Source: a virus (lineage: Duplodnaviria; Caudoviricetes). Taken from it: DNA of 63,129 nt. The translations under genes and the position numbers were made by a program. Position 1 is the first letter of the stretch, and each line of letters begins with the position of its first letter. Shown here one piece after another: positions 49,366-57,800 of the stretch. The notes under the pieces are model-generated. The model searched no databases. It had not been told where the DNA came from and was given only the letters and a program-made list of their open reading frames with translations. The stretch is from the IMG/VR virus record IMGVR_UViG_3300017700_000778, positions 1 to 63,129 of that record, one strand, 5' to 3'.

Positions 49366-49584
49366 TTATCCTTCGTCGTCGCCGAACACGGAAATTTCCT
49401 TGGTCTCCGAGAAGAAGTCCCCGTCGGAGATCATGATGGTAGGCGCGCGCTGGTCCTGCACCATCATTGCTTTGGTGAGCAGCTCGCGTGCCAGCTGCTG
49501 CGCGATCTTGAGCATCGCGGGCTCTTTGATCTTTTTGTTGGCGGTGTCGAAATCGATCCGCAATTCGATGGTGATCGTTTGCAT
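49366..49584 (-). CDS. Hypothetical protein
   Basis: GGAGG RBS. Confidence 0.7.
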   Translation of the reverse strand: MQTITIELRIDFDTANKKIKEPAMLKIAQQLARELLTKAMMVQDQRAPTIMISDGDFFSETKEISVFGDDEG

Positions 49585-49611
49585 GGTTACCTCCAGAAGT
49601 AACTGAGTAAG

Positions 49612-49711
49612 TGGTGGGGACGGCTAGGGAAACGCCCTAGCATCTGCTACCTTTTGGGGAGGTTATTTCCCCTCGTGGAGCCGCTCTCCAAATTGTTTGA
49701 GCTACGTCCCC
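49612..49711 (-). ncRNA. tRNA-like element 4 with encoded ACCA end
   Basis: GGGGACG/CGTCCCC-ACCA; TAGCTC...GAGCG; AGAT; GCTAGGG/CCCTAGC T-stem. Confidence 0.78.
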
Positions 49712-49718
49712 GTGGCGC

Positions 49719-50834
49719 TTACTTACGCGAGCTCAGCGCGATCGCCGCCATCAGCGAACTATTCTGCCGAGCCCACTTGTCGAACGCCGGCTCCGACACC
49801 AGCGCCATGTTCTTGCGGCAGGCATTGGTGGCGAACGTGACCGCGAATTCCTTCGGCATGCGCTCGATGTACTCGATCACCTGCGTCGCATCCTTGGTCT
49901 TGATCTCGTGAGCCAGCTGGTAACAGACCAGCATCTGCGCGTCGGGCTTGGTCGGAACCTTGACGGTGCCGGGGCTCTTCACGATGTCGGCGTACTTCGG
50001 CATCTCGCGCTGCAGCTTGATGAAGTTCAGGTACTGGCCAGAGCCGGCGCCGATCATGCCAGCGAGCTGCTCGGAGACTTCCGGAGTGTCCGGGATTTCG
50101 CCGCCGTTGCGGGCCATCTTCACCTGCAGGAGGCGATCCACCGCGCAGAGCGAGCGCGGCGTGGTCCACGGACCCTGCTCGTTGGGGGTCTTCTCGTCGA
50201 AAACGATCTGCGGGTTCTGCTGCGCGAAGGCGATCGTCAGCGGCATGATGCCGTTGTTGCCCGCCCAGTGCTCCCACGACTGGAAGTCCGGGTGGATCGA
50301 GATGCGCTGCTCGCGGTTGATGACGAAGTCGAACTCCTTCGTCACACCGGAGCGATCGCTCGACCGGTTGCCGGCGGAGATGACAGAAATGCCGTCGTGC
50401 AGGGTATGGGGTCCGACCTGACCCTTGAGCTTGAGCTGCGCCGCGGCCTTCTTGGTGTCGCCGTCAGCCTGCGACCACTCGTCCAAGAACACGATGCCGC
50501 GCTTGTAGGTGTTGATGTGGCGCCCGTGGGGGTATTCGGCAGTGGGCTTGGTCATCATCCACGACGGCGTCGTGAACACGGAGGCCAGCGACTGCGTGCC
50601 GTCCGGGTTGGTGACCTTGGTGGGCACCATGTAGCCGAGCAGATCGGTCGGCGTGAAGGTGGCGAGGAAGCAGGTGGCGAGGCCCCATGTGCCTTCGCCG
50701 TCGCGCTTGTTGAGATAGCCGATCAGCGTCTCGACAAAGTCGCTCTTGCCGATGCCCGGGCCGCTTTCGATGTGGGTGGCGATGCGCGCGTTGATGTTGT
50801 CGATGATCGCGTCGCGCAGATCAAGAAGTCGCAT
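49719..50834 (-). CDS. AAA+ ATPase (MoxR-like)
   Basis: SGPGIGKS, VFLDE, AGNRSSD, VINR, TPRS. Confidence 0.88.
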   Translation of the reverse strand: MRLLDLRDAIIDNINARIATHIESGPGIGKSDFVETLIGYLNKRDGEGTWGLATCFLATFTPTDLLGYMVPTKVTNPDGTQSLASVFTTPSWMMTKPTAEYPHGRHINTYKRGIVFLDEWSQADGDTKKAAAQLKLKGQVGPHTLHDGISVISAGNRSSDRSGVTKEFDFVINREQRISIHPDFQSWEHWAGNNGIMPLTIAFAQQNPQIVFDEKTPNEQGPWTTPRSLCAVDRLLQVKMARNGGEIPDTPEVSEQLAGMIGAGSGQYLNFIKLQREMPKYADIVKSPGTVKVPTKPDAQMLVCYQLAHEIKTKDATQVIEYIERMPKEFAVTFATNACRKNMALVSEPAFDKWARQNSSLMAAIALSSRK

Positions 50835-50883
50835 GTGATGTTCTCCAGATGTGGGGTTGGGATGGTTCGATGGATGGGTAGGT

Positions 50884-51087
50884 TCAGATGAACTCGACGC
50901 GCGAATGAGTGCGCAGCACAACGTTCTGGTGGGACACCGGCAGCTGATCGAACAGCGGCCGGTTGATGATCAGCAAATTCTTCTCCGGATCGAGCCGGCA
51001 GACGATCCCGTCGGCGGTCATGTCCGCGTCGTCAACGTAGCGCCACAGGCGGGGAAGACCACCCGCAGGGTATAGTGCAAAGCTCAT
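50884..51087 (-). CDS. Hypothetical protein
   Basis: AGGAGAGG RBS. Confidence 0.65.
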   Translation of the reverse strand: MSFALYPAGGLPRLWRYVDDADMTADGIVCRLDPEKNLLIINRPLFDQLPVSHQNVVLRTHSRVEFI

Positions 51088-51135
51088 GTCGTCCTCTCCT
51101 GTGACGCTTCGATGGTTGTTGTAGTTGTGGGGACG

Positions 51136-51549
51136 TCAGTCCCCGCGGATCAACGCAGCGGTGGCTGCGAGGTAGACGATGGCGCCGTGGACTTCGGCGA
51201 GCGCCGCATCTTTCTCGCCGCGCGACAGCATACCCAACGCTTCCTGCGTTTTCTTCGCTGCCTGCCCAGCCGCAAAGCCGGGACCGTAGAGCCGGCCCAG
51301 CTCCATGATGGGCTGGCGGTCGAACGGCCGACCGTTGGCGTGGCGCACCTTGCCCTTGCCTTCGGAGCTCTGCGTGAACGCCGCCTGCAGCTCGCGGGAC
51401 AACGCGTCGTAGCCGGGTGCGGTCATCAGCACACCAGCGATGACCGCCTTCGACACAGCCGCATCTGTGGGGGCAACTTGCGCTTTACGCCGTTCCCACG
51501 ATGCTTTTGCAGCCGCACTGCGCTGCGCTTTGGTTCGTTTCTTTGCCAT
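51136..51549 (-). CDS. Conserved phage protein
   Basis: GKGKVRHANGRPFDRQPI...GQAAKK..EA...GAIVYLAA. Confidence 0.8.
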   Translation of the reverse strand: MAKKRTKAQRSAAAKASWERRKAQVAPTDAAVSKAVIAGVLMTAPGYDALSRELQAAFTQSSEGKGKVRHANGRPFDRQPIMELGRLYGPGFAAGQAAKKTQEALGMLSRGEKDAALAEVHGAIVYLAATAALIRGD

Positions 51550-51569
51550 GTAACCTCTTGGGGTAACCG

Positions 51570-51953
51570 CTAATCAAGCCCGGTAGCGGTATCCGGGATT
51601 TGCGCGGCGTCGAGCTGGTCAAGTAACCTAGCCGCCACCTCGCAACATTCTTTGAACTCGCCTTCATGCAGTACCGGGCGGGATAAAAAGCCGCCGCCGG
51701 AGGCGCTTTGCACAACCTGCCCGTACAGCACGTGAGAATTTGCCCGCGTGCGCCAGCGATCGCCTTTGGGCTGGATGCTACGCTGCATAAGTAAGCCATA
51801 TCTTCCCAGCTCGTCGTTGACAAGCTTGCGCAGTTGATCGCGCTCGAAGTCGTCTTTGCGAATTTGTTCGAGGTCATCTTCCCAACCGTAGTTAGGTTTT
51901 TCCTTATGCTTCATCTCCAGCACGCCGTAGGCCACCATTCTCACAGCGCTCAT
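51570..51953 (-). CDS. Hypothetical protein
   Basis: Operon packing. Confidence 0.65.
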   Translation of the reverse strand: MSAVRMVAYGVLEMKHKEKPNYGWEDDLEQIRKDDFERDQLRKLVNDELGRYGLLMQRSIQPKGDRWRTRANSHVLYGQVVQSASGGGFLSRPVLHEGEFKECCEVAARLLDQLDAAQIPDTATGLD

Positions 51954-52230
51954 CGCCGTACCTTTTCTCGAACTCGTGCATCAAGCACGTGAATATCAGC
52001 TCGTCCTCGCCGCGCCAAGCTTCCAACTTGTCGCTATCGTCCACGTACTTTCTTCGAGGGTACCATTGAAACGGGTAGACCGATATAAGGTACTCTTGGT
52101 CTGGGCTACACTGCCCATTGAATCCATCTGGCCGCTTAAAACAAAGCAGCCAGTGGGTTTCGCTTATCTGTTTCTCAGCTATGAGCCAGAACTTGGGGCT
52201 CTCCGGATACACTTTCCATTCCAGCGCCAT
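51904..52230 (-). CDS. Hypothetical protein
   Basis: GGAG RBS; overlaps neighbour. Confidence 0.5.
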   Translation of the reverse strand: MALEWKVYPESPKFWLIAEKQISETHWLLCFKRPDGFNGQCSPDQEYLISVYPFQWYPRRKYVDDSDKLEAWRGEDELIFTCLMHEFEKRYGDERCENGGLRRAGDEA

Positions 52231-52507
52231 CGCCCTGCTCCTGTTTTTCGCCTAGATCGCTAAGCACGCAAGCACAGATTTTCTGGAATGCGTCGGGGCC
52301 GGAGATAACCTGCTTCTTCGCCATGGATACGTTCTCTGCGCGATACCACGGCTGCTGCGTTGTGCCGCCCGGATGCAGCGCGTAACCCACTGCAGCGAGC
52401 TCCTCGCGGACTTTCTTGAGGTAGTTGCGGCGCTGCTGGCGGTCAAGTGCTTCAACGTTGACAACGCCCCACGCGGCCCACTTTGTATGGTTGAGATGTT
52501 CAGTCAT
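52175..52507 (-). CDS. Hypothetical protein
   Basis: GGAG RBS; overlaps neighbour. Confidence 0.5.
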   Translation of the reverse strand: MTEHLNHTKWAAWGVVNVEALDRQQRRNYLKKVREELAAVGYALHPGGTTQQPWYRAENVSMAKKQVISGPDAFQKICACVLSDLGEKQEQGDGAGMESVSGEPQVLAHS

Positions 52508-52728
52508 CGTCGCTTCTCCTGTTTTTTAATCCAGACATACACGCAGTCGTACCGGTGCGGTTTAGCGATCGCGGTCGCCTCACTCCAAGTACAGTAAGCG
52601 CCGCCAGCATGCACTCGCCCTGTTATCCGGGGGAGATAGATGTTGACCCAGCGTCCGGTATATCCGAACGGGGCTTTAGGGCGTGCTACGACGCCGAACG
52701 TTTCGTGAGTGCGCATTTTGCTTTCCAC
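52504..52728 (-). CDS. Hypothetical protein
   Basis: Stop coupled to the next start codon. Confidence 0.5.
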   Translation of the reverse strand: MESKMRTHETFGVVARPKAPFGYTGRWVNIYLPRITGRVHAGGAYCTWSEATAIAKPHRYDCVYVWIKKQEKRR

Positions 52729-52752
52729 ACTTCGAGGTTTACGTCTTCAGCA

Positions 52753-53106
52753 TCAAGTCCCAGAGCCTTCAGGGACGCTCGAAGTACTTCTTCGGTTGCG
52801 TCGCCGGCCGCGAAGTCTGAAGCTCGCGCCGCTACCAGCTCCTGTGTCTCCTGATGGCTTCGTCGCATCGATCACTCCTGCGAGCTCGAGAGCATGTTTT
52901 GCAGCGAGCCACTCCGCCTTATAGGTTCGTGTGTACGGGCCGGACGAACGGCCCGTCGCCTTGTTGTGGTGCCAGTGGTGTGCGTACGTCCCATTAGGAG
53001 AGCGGAGTATTATCTCGTCTTTGGAGCTACGCTCGATAGAGAAGCCAAGCAAAAGCGCCTTAGCGATTAGCGTGTCGCGGAGCTTCCGCTTGGCTTGTCC
53101 GACCAT
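52753..53106 (-). CDS. Small early protein, LLG family
   Basis: GAGG RBS; IAKALLLGF. Confidence 0.6.
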   Translation of the reverse strand: MVGQAKRKLRDTLIAKALLLGFSIERSSKDEIILRSPNGTYAHHWHHNKATGRSSGPYTRTYKAEWLAAKHALELAGVIDATKPSGDTGAGSGASFRLRGRRRNRRSTSSVPEGSGT

Positions 53107-53121
53107 GGTTACCTCTGAAGG

Positions 53122-53508
53122 TTACGTGCCAGCATGCTTGAGCTGAGCCAGCTCTTCGCTGAACGGCGCCGGCAGATGATCCTTCAGCAGGTGGAAGTCC
53201 TGATCGTCGATCACGATATCGTCGCCGCTGTGGTAGTTCAGCATGTCGCCGAAGTTCGACAACACGTCCAGCGTGTCCTTGGCCGGATGCTTCTCGAACA
53301 TGTGGTTGATATCGCGGTCGACCATCTCGCGCATCTCTGCTTCGCGCGCGGCGTCGATGTGCAGGCCGTTGTGAGCGGCGCCGGTCTTCAGAGCTTCGAA
53401 GTGCCTGTTCCAGTGCTCAGTACGGGCTTCGTCGATTTTGGTTGCGAGCGCGATCGCCGCGGCTGCGACAGCAAGGCGGCAATTTCCGGTGGATACTCGA
53501 ATTTGCAT
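53122..53508 (-). CDS. Hypothetical protein
   Basis: GGAG RBS, strong codon bias. Confidence 0.75.
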   Translation of the reverse strand: MQIRVSTGNCRLAVAAAAIALATKIDEARTEHWNRHFEALKTGAAHNGLHIDAAREAEMREMVDRDINHMFEKHPAKDTLDVLSNFGDMLNYHSGDDIVIDDQDFHLLKDHLPAPFSEELAQLKHAGT

Positions 53509-53650
53509 TTCTTGGGTTCTCCAGTGAGTGACTTCGGTTTCGCCTTCCGAGGGGTCTTAGAAGACGTGGGGACAACGGGCTCACGCACGGTGACGGTCCC
53601 GTATGGAATAGCGTAGGGCCACGGAGCAAACTCGTCGTAGACCCTGCGCT

Positions 53651-53866
53651 CTATGAATTTCTGTACCATGGTGCTTCCTCCGGGTATAGCTCTATACGCC
53701 TTCGAATGGCGGTAGCAGCGTTCGGACCAAAGCCATGGCCGGAAGTTTGTGTCCTCTCATCCATCCCGGGCGGGAACGCATATATTATTGAACCGTAGCC
53801 AGCAGGCCATAAAGTGCCGCCAGTGAGCAACCACTTCGTGACGAGTAGTTCATCCTCCGGGCTCAT
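53651..53866 (-). CDS. Small early protein, LLG family
   Basis: VTKWLLTGG...GHGFGPNAATA. Confidence 0.6.
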   Translation of the reverse strand: MSPEDELLVTKWLLTGGTLWPAGYGSIIYAFPPGMDERTQTSGHGFGPNAATAIRRRIELYPEEAPWYRNS

Positions 53867-54107
53867 TGAGCTTCCCTATTTTCTCTTCGGGAAAATTGAT
53901 CAGGCGAAGATACTCCAATGCTGCACTAAAGACCGAAGCGTAACCATCGTACTTCACACCGTTGTGCACAAAATACACGCGTGTAGGAACACCTTTTGCT
54001 TCATCAGTGTAAATGCCCCGCTCGGCAGCTTCAAACCCCAGCAGGAGCGCTTGCCGCACCACTGTTTCGCGAAACTCTTTATCCATGCGGTACATGAAAC
54101 TATGCAC
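53850..54107 (-). CDS. Small early protein, LLG family
   Basis: VRQALLLGF...SAALEY. Confidence 0.65.
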   Translation of the reverse strand: MHSFMYRMDKEFRETVVRQALLLGFEAAERGIYTDEAKGVPTRVYFVHNGVKYDGYASVFSAALEYLRLINFPEEKIGKLNEPGG

Positions 54108-54116
54108 GGTGCGCTC

Positions 54117-54404
54117 CTATTTGATGAACAACACTCGCACCACAATCGCCGCCACCAAGCAGAAGATCACTGCCTGCAAGAACCAACTGCTGGACTGGGA
54201 CGACAACTCTACATCCGTCGGCGAGAGATCGCCATAGCGCACAACGGTCACAACGCGATCCTGCACGTCGTCGTAGATTTCATGGGTCGCGCGTGAGTGC
54301 GCAGTGCGAAAGCCTGCCTCCACGATCGCCGCCTCCAGTCCTTCGGAAGTGTTGGCGTGCAGCGAGCGCTCGTCGCCGTTGTCCTCGCGTCGGATGTGAT
54401 ACAC
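54117..54404 (-). CDS. Hypothetical protein with C-terminal TM helix
   Basis: GGAGG RBS, GTG start. Confidence 0.6.
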   Translation of the reverse strand: MYHIRREDNGDERSLHANTSEGLEAAIVEAGFRTAHSRATHEIYDDVQDRVVTVVRYGDLSPTDVELSSQSSSWFLQAVIFCLVAAIVVRVLFIK

Positions 54405-54613
54405 GGTAACCTCCAGAGGTAATAGGGGTGGGGACATACGCCGGGTCAGCCTTCCCAACATGGGTTGTACACTACCGGATCAGCAGCTTACTCAATTGGC
54501 TGCTTTGGGTGCCGTTCGGGATGCGGTATGCACCGACTGTCCACGCTGGGCTTACCTTACTTGCAGCCCCTTTTGGGCTCTGCCGTTTTCTTACGGCCAC
54601 GTAGTCCCCAGTA

Positions 54614-54729
54614 GAATGGTGGTAGGTCGCCGCATATCGTTACGGTGCACCGTTAGTGACTGCACTGCTCTACGTCTTCGGGGATCGGCCATCGCCAAGC
54701 CCGACGCTCTCTCCTGAGCTACACCATTC
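54614..54729 (-). ncRNA. tRNA-like element 5 (expanded T loop)
   Basis: GAATGGTG/CACCATTC; TAGCTCAGGAGAGAGCG; TCGGG/CCCGA; AGAC; GTAG/CTAC. Confidence 0.75.
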
Positions 54730-54752
54730 AACTTGGGACTAAGGCAAACTTG

Positions 54753-55043
54753 TTACTCGTTCATGATCTTGAACGTAGTGTAGTACGTCTTGCAAGGTCC
54801 AGCGTCTTCGATCTTGGCCTTGCTGAATTGCACGGGCGAACCGTGCTCGTCGATGCCGACGCCACACGTAGCGAGGTATAGCCACGCGGGCATAGTGCGG
54901 TTCACTGACCAGTTATTAACGCCCGCTGTTGCCCAATACCCTCGCTCGTCCTGCACAAACTCTGCACCTAGCAAGAGTGCAGTGCGTATGGCGCCGGCGT
55001 TGCGTGGAGCATCTTCGTTATCTAGGTCCTCGCTCCATCCCAT
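54753..55043 (-). CDS. Small early protein, LLG family
   Basis: GGAGG RBS; IRTALLLGAEF. Confidence 0.65.
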   Translation of the reverse strand: MGWSEDLDNEDAPRNAGAIRTALLLGAEFVQDERGYWATAGVNNWSVNRTMPAWLYLATCGVGIDEHGSPVQFSKAKIEDAGPCKTYYTTFKIMNE

Positions 55044-55064
55044 GGTGTTACCCTCCGAAGTAAT

Positions 55065-55243
55065 ATCCGCGGCGCAAGTCATCATTCTTGCGCATCTCTC
55101 CCAGCTAGGATATTGCAGCGTTGCAATCTACTCACCATGCCAATTTGTCCTCACGCACAAGAGCACGCCGAAGCGTAGCGACCATGCGGTACTTGAACGA
55201 GAGCGCTCTTTTGCCTCCAGCTGACTTTTTGAGCTACGCGAAT
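55065..55243 (-). ncRNA. tRNA-like element 6 (large anticodon-loop insert)
   Basis: ATTCGCG/CGCGGAT; TAGCTC...GAGCG; CTCTC/GAGAG; GCGCAAG/CTTGCGC. Confidence 0.7.
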
Positions 55244-55476
55244 TTCGTGTAATTTCCACTGCTCCATGGCGAGGGAGACGCCACGCTGAGCCACGCGTAT
55301 GCGGCATCGGCCTGAGTGTAACCGTAGCCTGTATAGCCGTGGCCTATGCACATATGGTACATGCGCGATGCTGCGCGCTCCGGATGCCCGAAATCGTTAT
55401 AGTCAAACACGCAGCCTAGTAGCATTACGCGCGTGATGTTCAACTCTTCAGCCTTGGTCAGAGGATCAGCATCCAT
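55234..55476 (-). CDS. Small early protein, LLG family
   Basis: ITRVMLLGCVF...GYGYTQADAA; AGGAG RBS. Confidence 0.65.
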   Translation of the reverse strand: MDADPLTKAEELNITRVMLLGCVFDYNDFGHPERAASRMYHMCIGHGYTGYGYTQADAAYAWLSVASPSPWSSGNYTKFA

Positions 55477-55536
55477 AGCGCTACTCCTGCGTAGGCGATT
55501 ACACCCACGAGCCCGAAGGCGACGAACTGGATGCGG

Positions 55537-55767
55537 TCACGTGCTGACATTTTTTCGCTCCTGCATGAAAGTTACCGCCATTTTAGCAACGCGGCCCGGC
55601 CAGTCTGCGTAGAAGTTATATTTGCGGTCAAAAGTGATGCTGTAGCGCCACTCTTTAGCGTTTATGTTTTCATGGCGCTGCTCAATTTGCAAGCCGAGCA
55701 ACGCAGCTCGCGTCACCCACACGTCAGCGTCTGAAAGATCGTCGCTATGAGTGGGGTCATCTCGCAT
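55537..55767 (-). CDS. Small early protein, LLG family
   Basis: VTRAALLGLQI. Confidence 0.6.
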   Translation of the reverse strand: MRDDPTHSDDLSDADVWVTRAALLGLQIEQRHENINAKEWRYSITFDRKYNFYADWPGRVAKMAVTFMQERKNVST

Positions 55768-55861
55768 GATCCGATGGTCCTATGTTTCAGCGCCGCGTGA
55801 GTGCGCGTTGTTACCTCCGGAAGTAATCGGGTTGTAGGCGCGACACGTCGCCTCGTTAAAT

Positions 55862-55968
55862 GTGTAGGCGTCTCGGCGCTCTACCATTGAGCTACACCAT
55901 GCAAGCATGGTGGCTGGGGGTCGAACCCAGCGTCTCCGAGATTACTTTGGAGAGTAACTACCCTACAC
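55862..55968 (-). ncRNA. Circularly permuted tRNA-like element 7 (YrlA Y-RNA-like topology)
   Basis: Order CTCGG-AGAC-GCTGGGTTCGACCCCCAGC-CACCATGC-TT-GCATGGTG-TAGCTCAATGGTAGAGCG-CCGAG; outer GTGTAGG/CCTACAC stem. Confidence 0.8.
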
Positions 55969-55982
55969 CTCTCCCAATTAGT

Positions 55983-56209
55983 ATTCGACGGTGAGATTTC
56001 CACAGAGCTCTTGGAGGCCCGCAGCTGCTTCCGATCCTCGCACGTTAGCGTTTCCAGTGATCACTGAGGGCGTTGTCGTGTTTGGTTCTTGCTCCACTGC
56101 ACCTCGCCGAGGTGCCGGCTGCTCACATCTTAGTATCAGGGCCCATCCCCTCCTCTACGCTCTAGTTCCTAGCACGGGCGCATGCTGGGCTTATTGAGCT
56201 ACGTCGAAT
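55983..56209 (-). ncRNA. tRNA-like element 8 (large T-loop insert)
   Basis: ATTCGACG/CGTCGAAT; TAGCTC...GAGCG; TAG/CTA; AGAT; GTGAG/CTCAC. Confidence 0.72.
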
Positions 56210-56214
56210 TAGTA

Positions 56215-56350
56215 TCAGCGGGGTAGTAAACATCCACACCCATCTCCGAATTAAGATGATCGCCTAACTACTAGTCCCGCGCGTTAGGTTGGGGGCTTCG
56301 TCGGGACGGACGAGAGCTTTCGGCGCTCTGTACGTTTTGAGCTACGCTGA
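56215..56350 (-). ncRNA. tRNA-like element 9
   Basis: TCAGCG/CGCTGA; TAGCTC...GAGCG; CCGAA/TTCGG; AGAT; weak T-stem. Confidence 0.7.
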
Positions 56351-56356
56351 ATTGAA

Positions 56357-56872
56357 CTATGCGCTGTGAGTGCGCAACACTTTACGGTAGTCCTCGTCGA
56401 TGCGGCAGCGCTCGATGAACTTCTCGAACATCTCCGCGCCCTGCTTACCTTGGAAGGTAACAGTGATGATTGTTTTACCTGCTCGATAGTATATCGGCGT
56501 GTCCTTGAGCTCGCTATGCGAGAGCTCTTTACTCTGCGTTGTGAGTAAGAAGCCAGCGTACAGCGGCTCCAAACGTTTCTGGACAGGGACCGTAAGTGTG
56601 GTCGCCCGCTCGCAAATTTCCGCAACAATAAATGGGCGCTTACATTCTTTTGCCACCTCGCGCAGATACGCGCGGACAAACGTCGACGACGTGATCGACA
56701 GATAGTCCCTGCGATAGTCCCTGCGCGCCTGATCATAGTCGCTGCCCGCGTTGCGGCATGCTTCACCCCAGCTATCGTTGAGCACAGCAACACCCAACGA
56801 CAGGTAGTCGTCTGTCATCTTACGGATGTGACCTTCGACCTTGTTGAAGGTCCTACTGTCAGATGCTTTCAT
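56357..56872 (-). CDS. Hypothetical protein embedded in the RNA array
   Basis: AGGA RBS; 171-aa ORF. Confidence 0.65.
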   Translation of the reverse strand: MKASDSRTFNKVEGHIRKMTDDYLSLGVAVLNDSWGEACRNAGSDYDQARRDYRRDYLSITSSTFVRAYLREVAKECKRPFIVAEICERATTLTVPVQKRLEPLYAGFLLTTQSKELSHSELKDTPIYYRAGKTIITVTFQGKQGAEMFEKFIERCRIDEDYRKVLRTHSA

Positions 56873-56895
56873 GGTGCGATGGTCCTATGATTTAA

Positions 56896-57150
56896 TGGTG
56901 GAGCCCGCTGGTTTGAACCTACAGCATATTCTGACGTCTCCACCTGCACCGGCAGTTCCTACCTTTCTTGCCTCTCTATTCCTTGCGGTATGTCAGGCGA
57001 AGCGCATTCTTACTAATATGCTACGGTGCCTTCTCGTGCGCGCTGAGTGCGCGAATTAGATCAGGGTGCACCTCGATGCATCTATATCCGCCGGGCTGCT
57101 CATGACACAACCCCGCGTCAGACGCTCTATGTGCTTTCCTATGAGCTAGA
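56896..57150 (-). ncRNA. tRNA-like element 10 (Ala-like GGCTCCACCA 3' end; 5' end uncertain)
   Basis: TAGCTC...GAGCG; TCTGACG/CGTCAGA enclosing ~180 nt; GCTG-TAGGTTCAAAC-CAGC; GGGCTCC-ACCA. Confidence 0.62.
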
Positions 57151-57271
57151 CGTGGGGACCACGCCGCACCTACGACACCCTACAACGTCTCTCCGTTGCC
57201 GGTCACGCCCCTGAGTATTCGGCCTTTGCTTCCAGACCGTGAAGTGCCGGACGTGCCTCTCGCTGCCTCTG

Positions 57272-57473
57272 TGCACGGTGCAGCTGGCTAGGCTGCACAT
57301 CTACTCGGATGAGCTTCAGTAATCTATCTGGTCACACATGCGAAGCTCAACAAGATCATAGGCCCGCCGACTTTCGGGGGGATACCCATAGTCCCTCAAC
57401 CTGCATGTGATCGCAGCATCCGATCGCTTTTACGCTCCTATGACAGAGCGGTAGGCCACTTAAGCTACGTGCA
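57272..57473 (-). ncRNA. tRNA-like element 11
   Basis: TGCACG/CGTGCA; TAGCTT...AAGCG; TCGGATG/CATCCGA; AGAT; GTGCAG/CTGCAC. Confidence 0.75.
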
Positions 57474-57478
57474 TTTGT

Positions 57479-57571
57479 TTTGCATGGTGAGCGGCGTCTC
57501 ACATCTCCGAATGATCCGGCTACAGCCCGGGTCCGGCGCTCTATGCCATTTATGCTTGAGCTACATGCAAA
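57479..57571 (-). ncRNA. tRNA-like element 12
   Basis: TTTGCATG/CATGCAAA; TAGCTC...GAGCG; CCGGA/TTCGG; AGAT; GTGAG/CTCAC. Confidence 0.8.
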
Positions 57572-57576
57572 CTTGT

Positions 57577-57760
57577 TACCTCGGCAGGTAGGATCACAGC
57601 CTCGAGCTACACGATGCCCTATCTGGTCTACTCATCTGCTTCTGCAGGTTACTCCTGCTCGGTAGAGCCTAAACCCTACAGAGCTTTTTACCGGCCGCTT
57701 TCGGATCGTCTTCAGGCCGTGCACCTTCCTACTCTTCCGATGGTTATAAGCTACGAGGTA
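57577..57760 (-). ncRNA. tRNA-like element 13
   Basis: TACCTCG/CGAGGTA; TAGCTT...AAGCG; CGGTA/TACCG; GCAGG/CCTGC. Confidence 0.68.
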
Positions 57761-57800
57761 TTCTATAAAGTTATTAAACACCAAAGTCTACGAAACAAGT

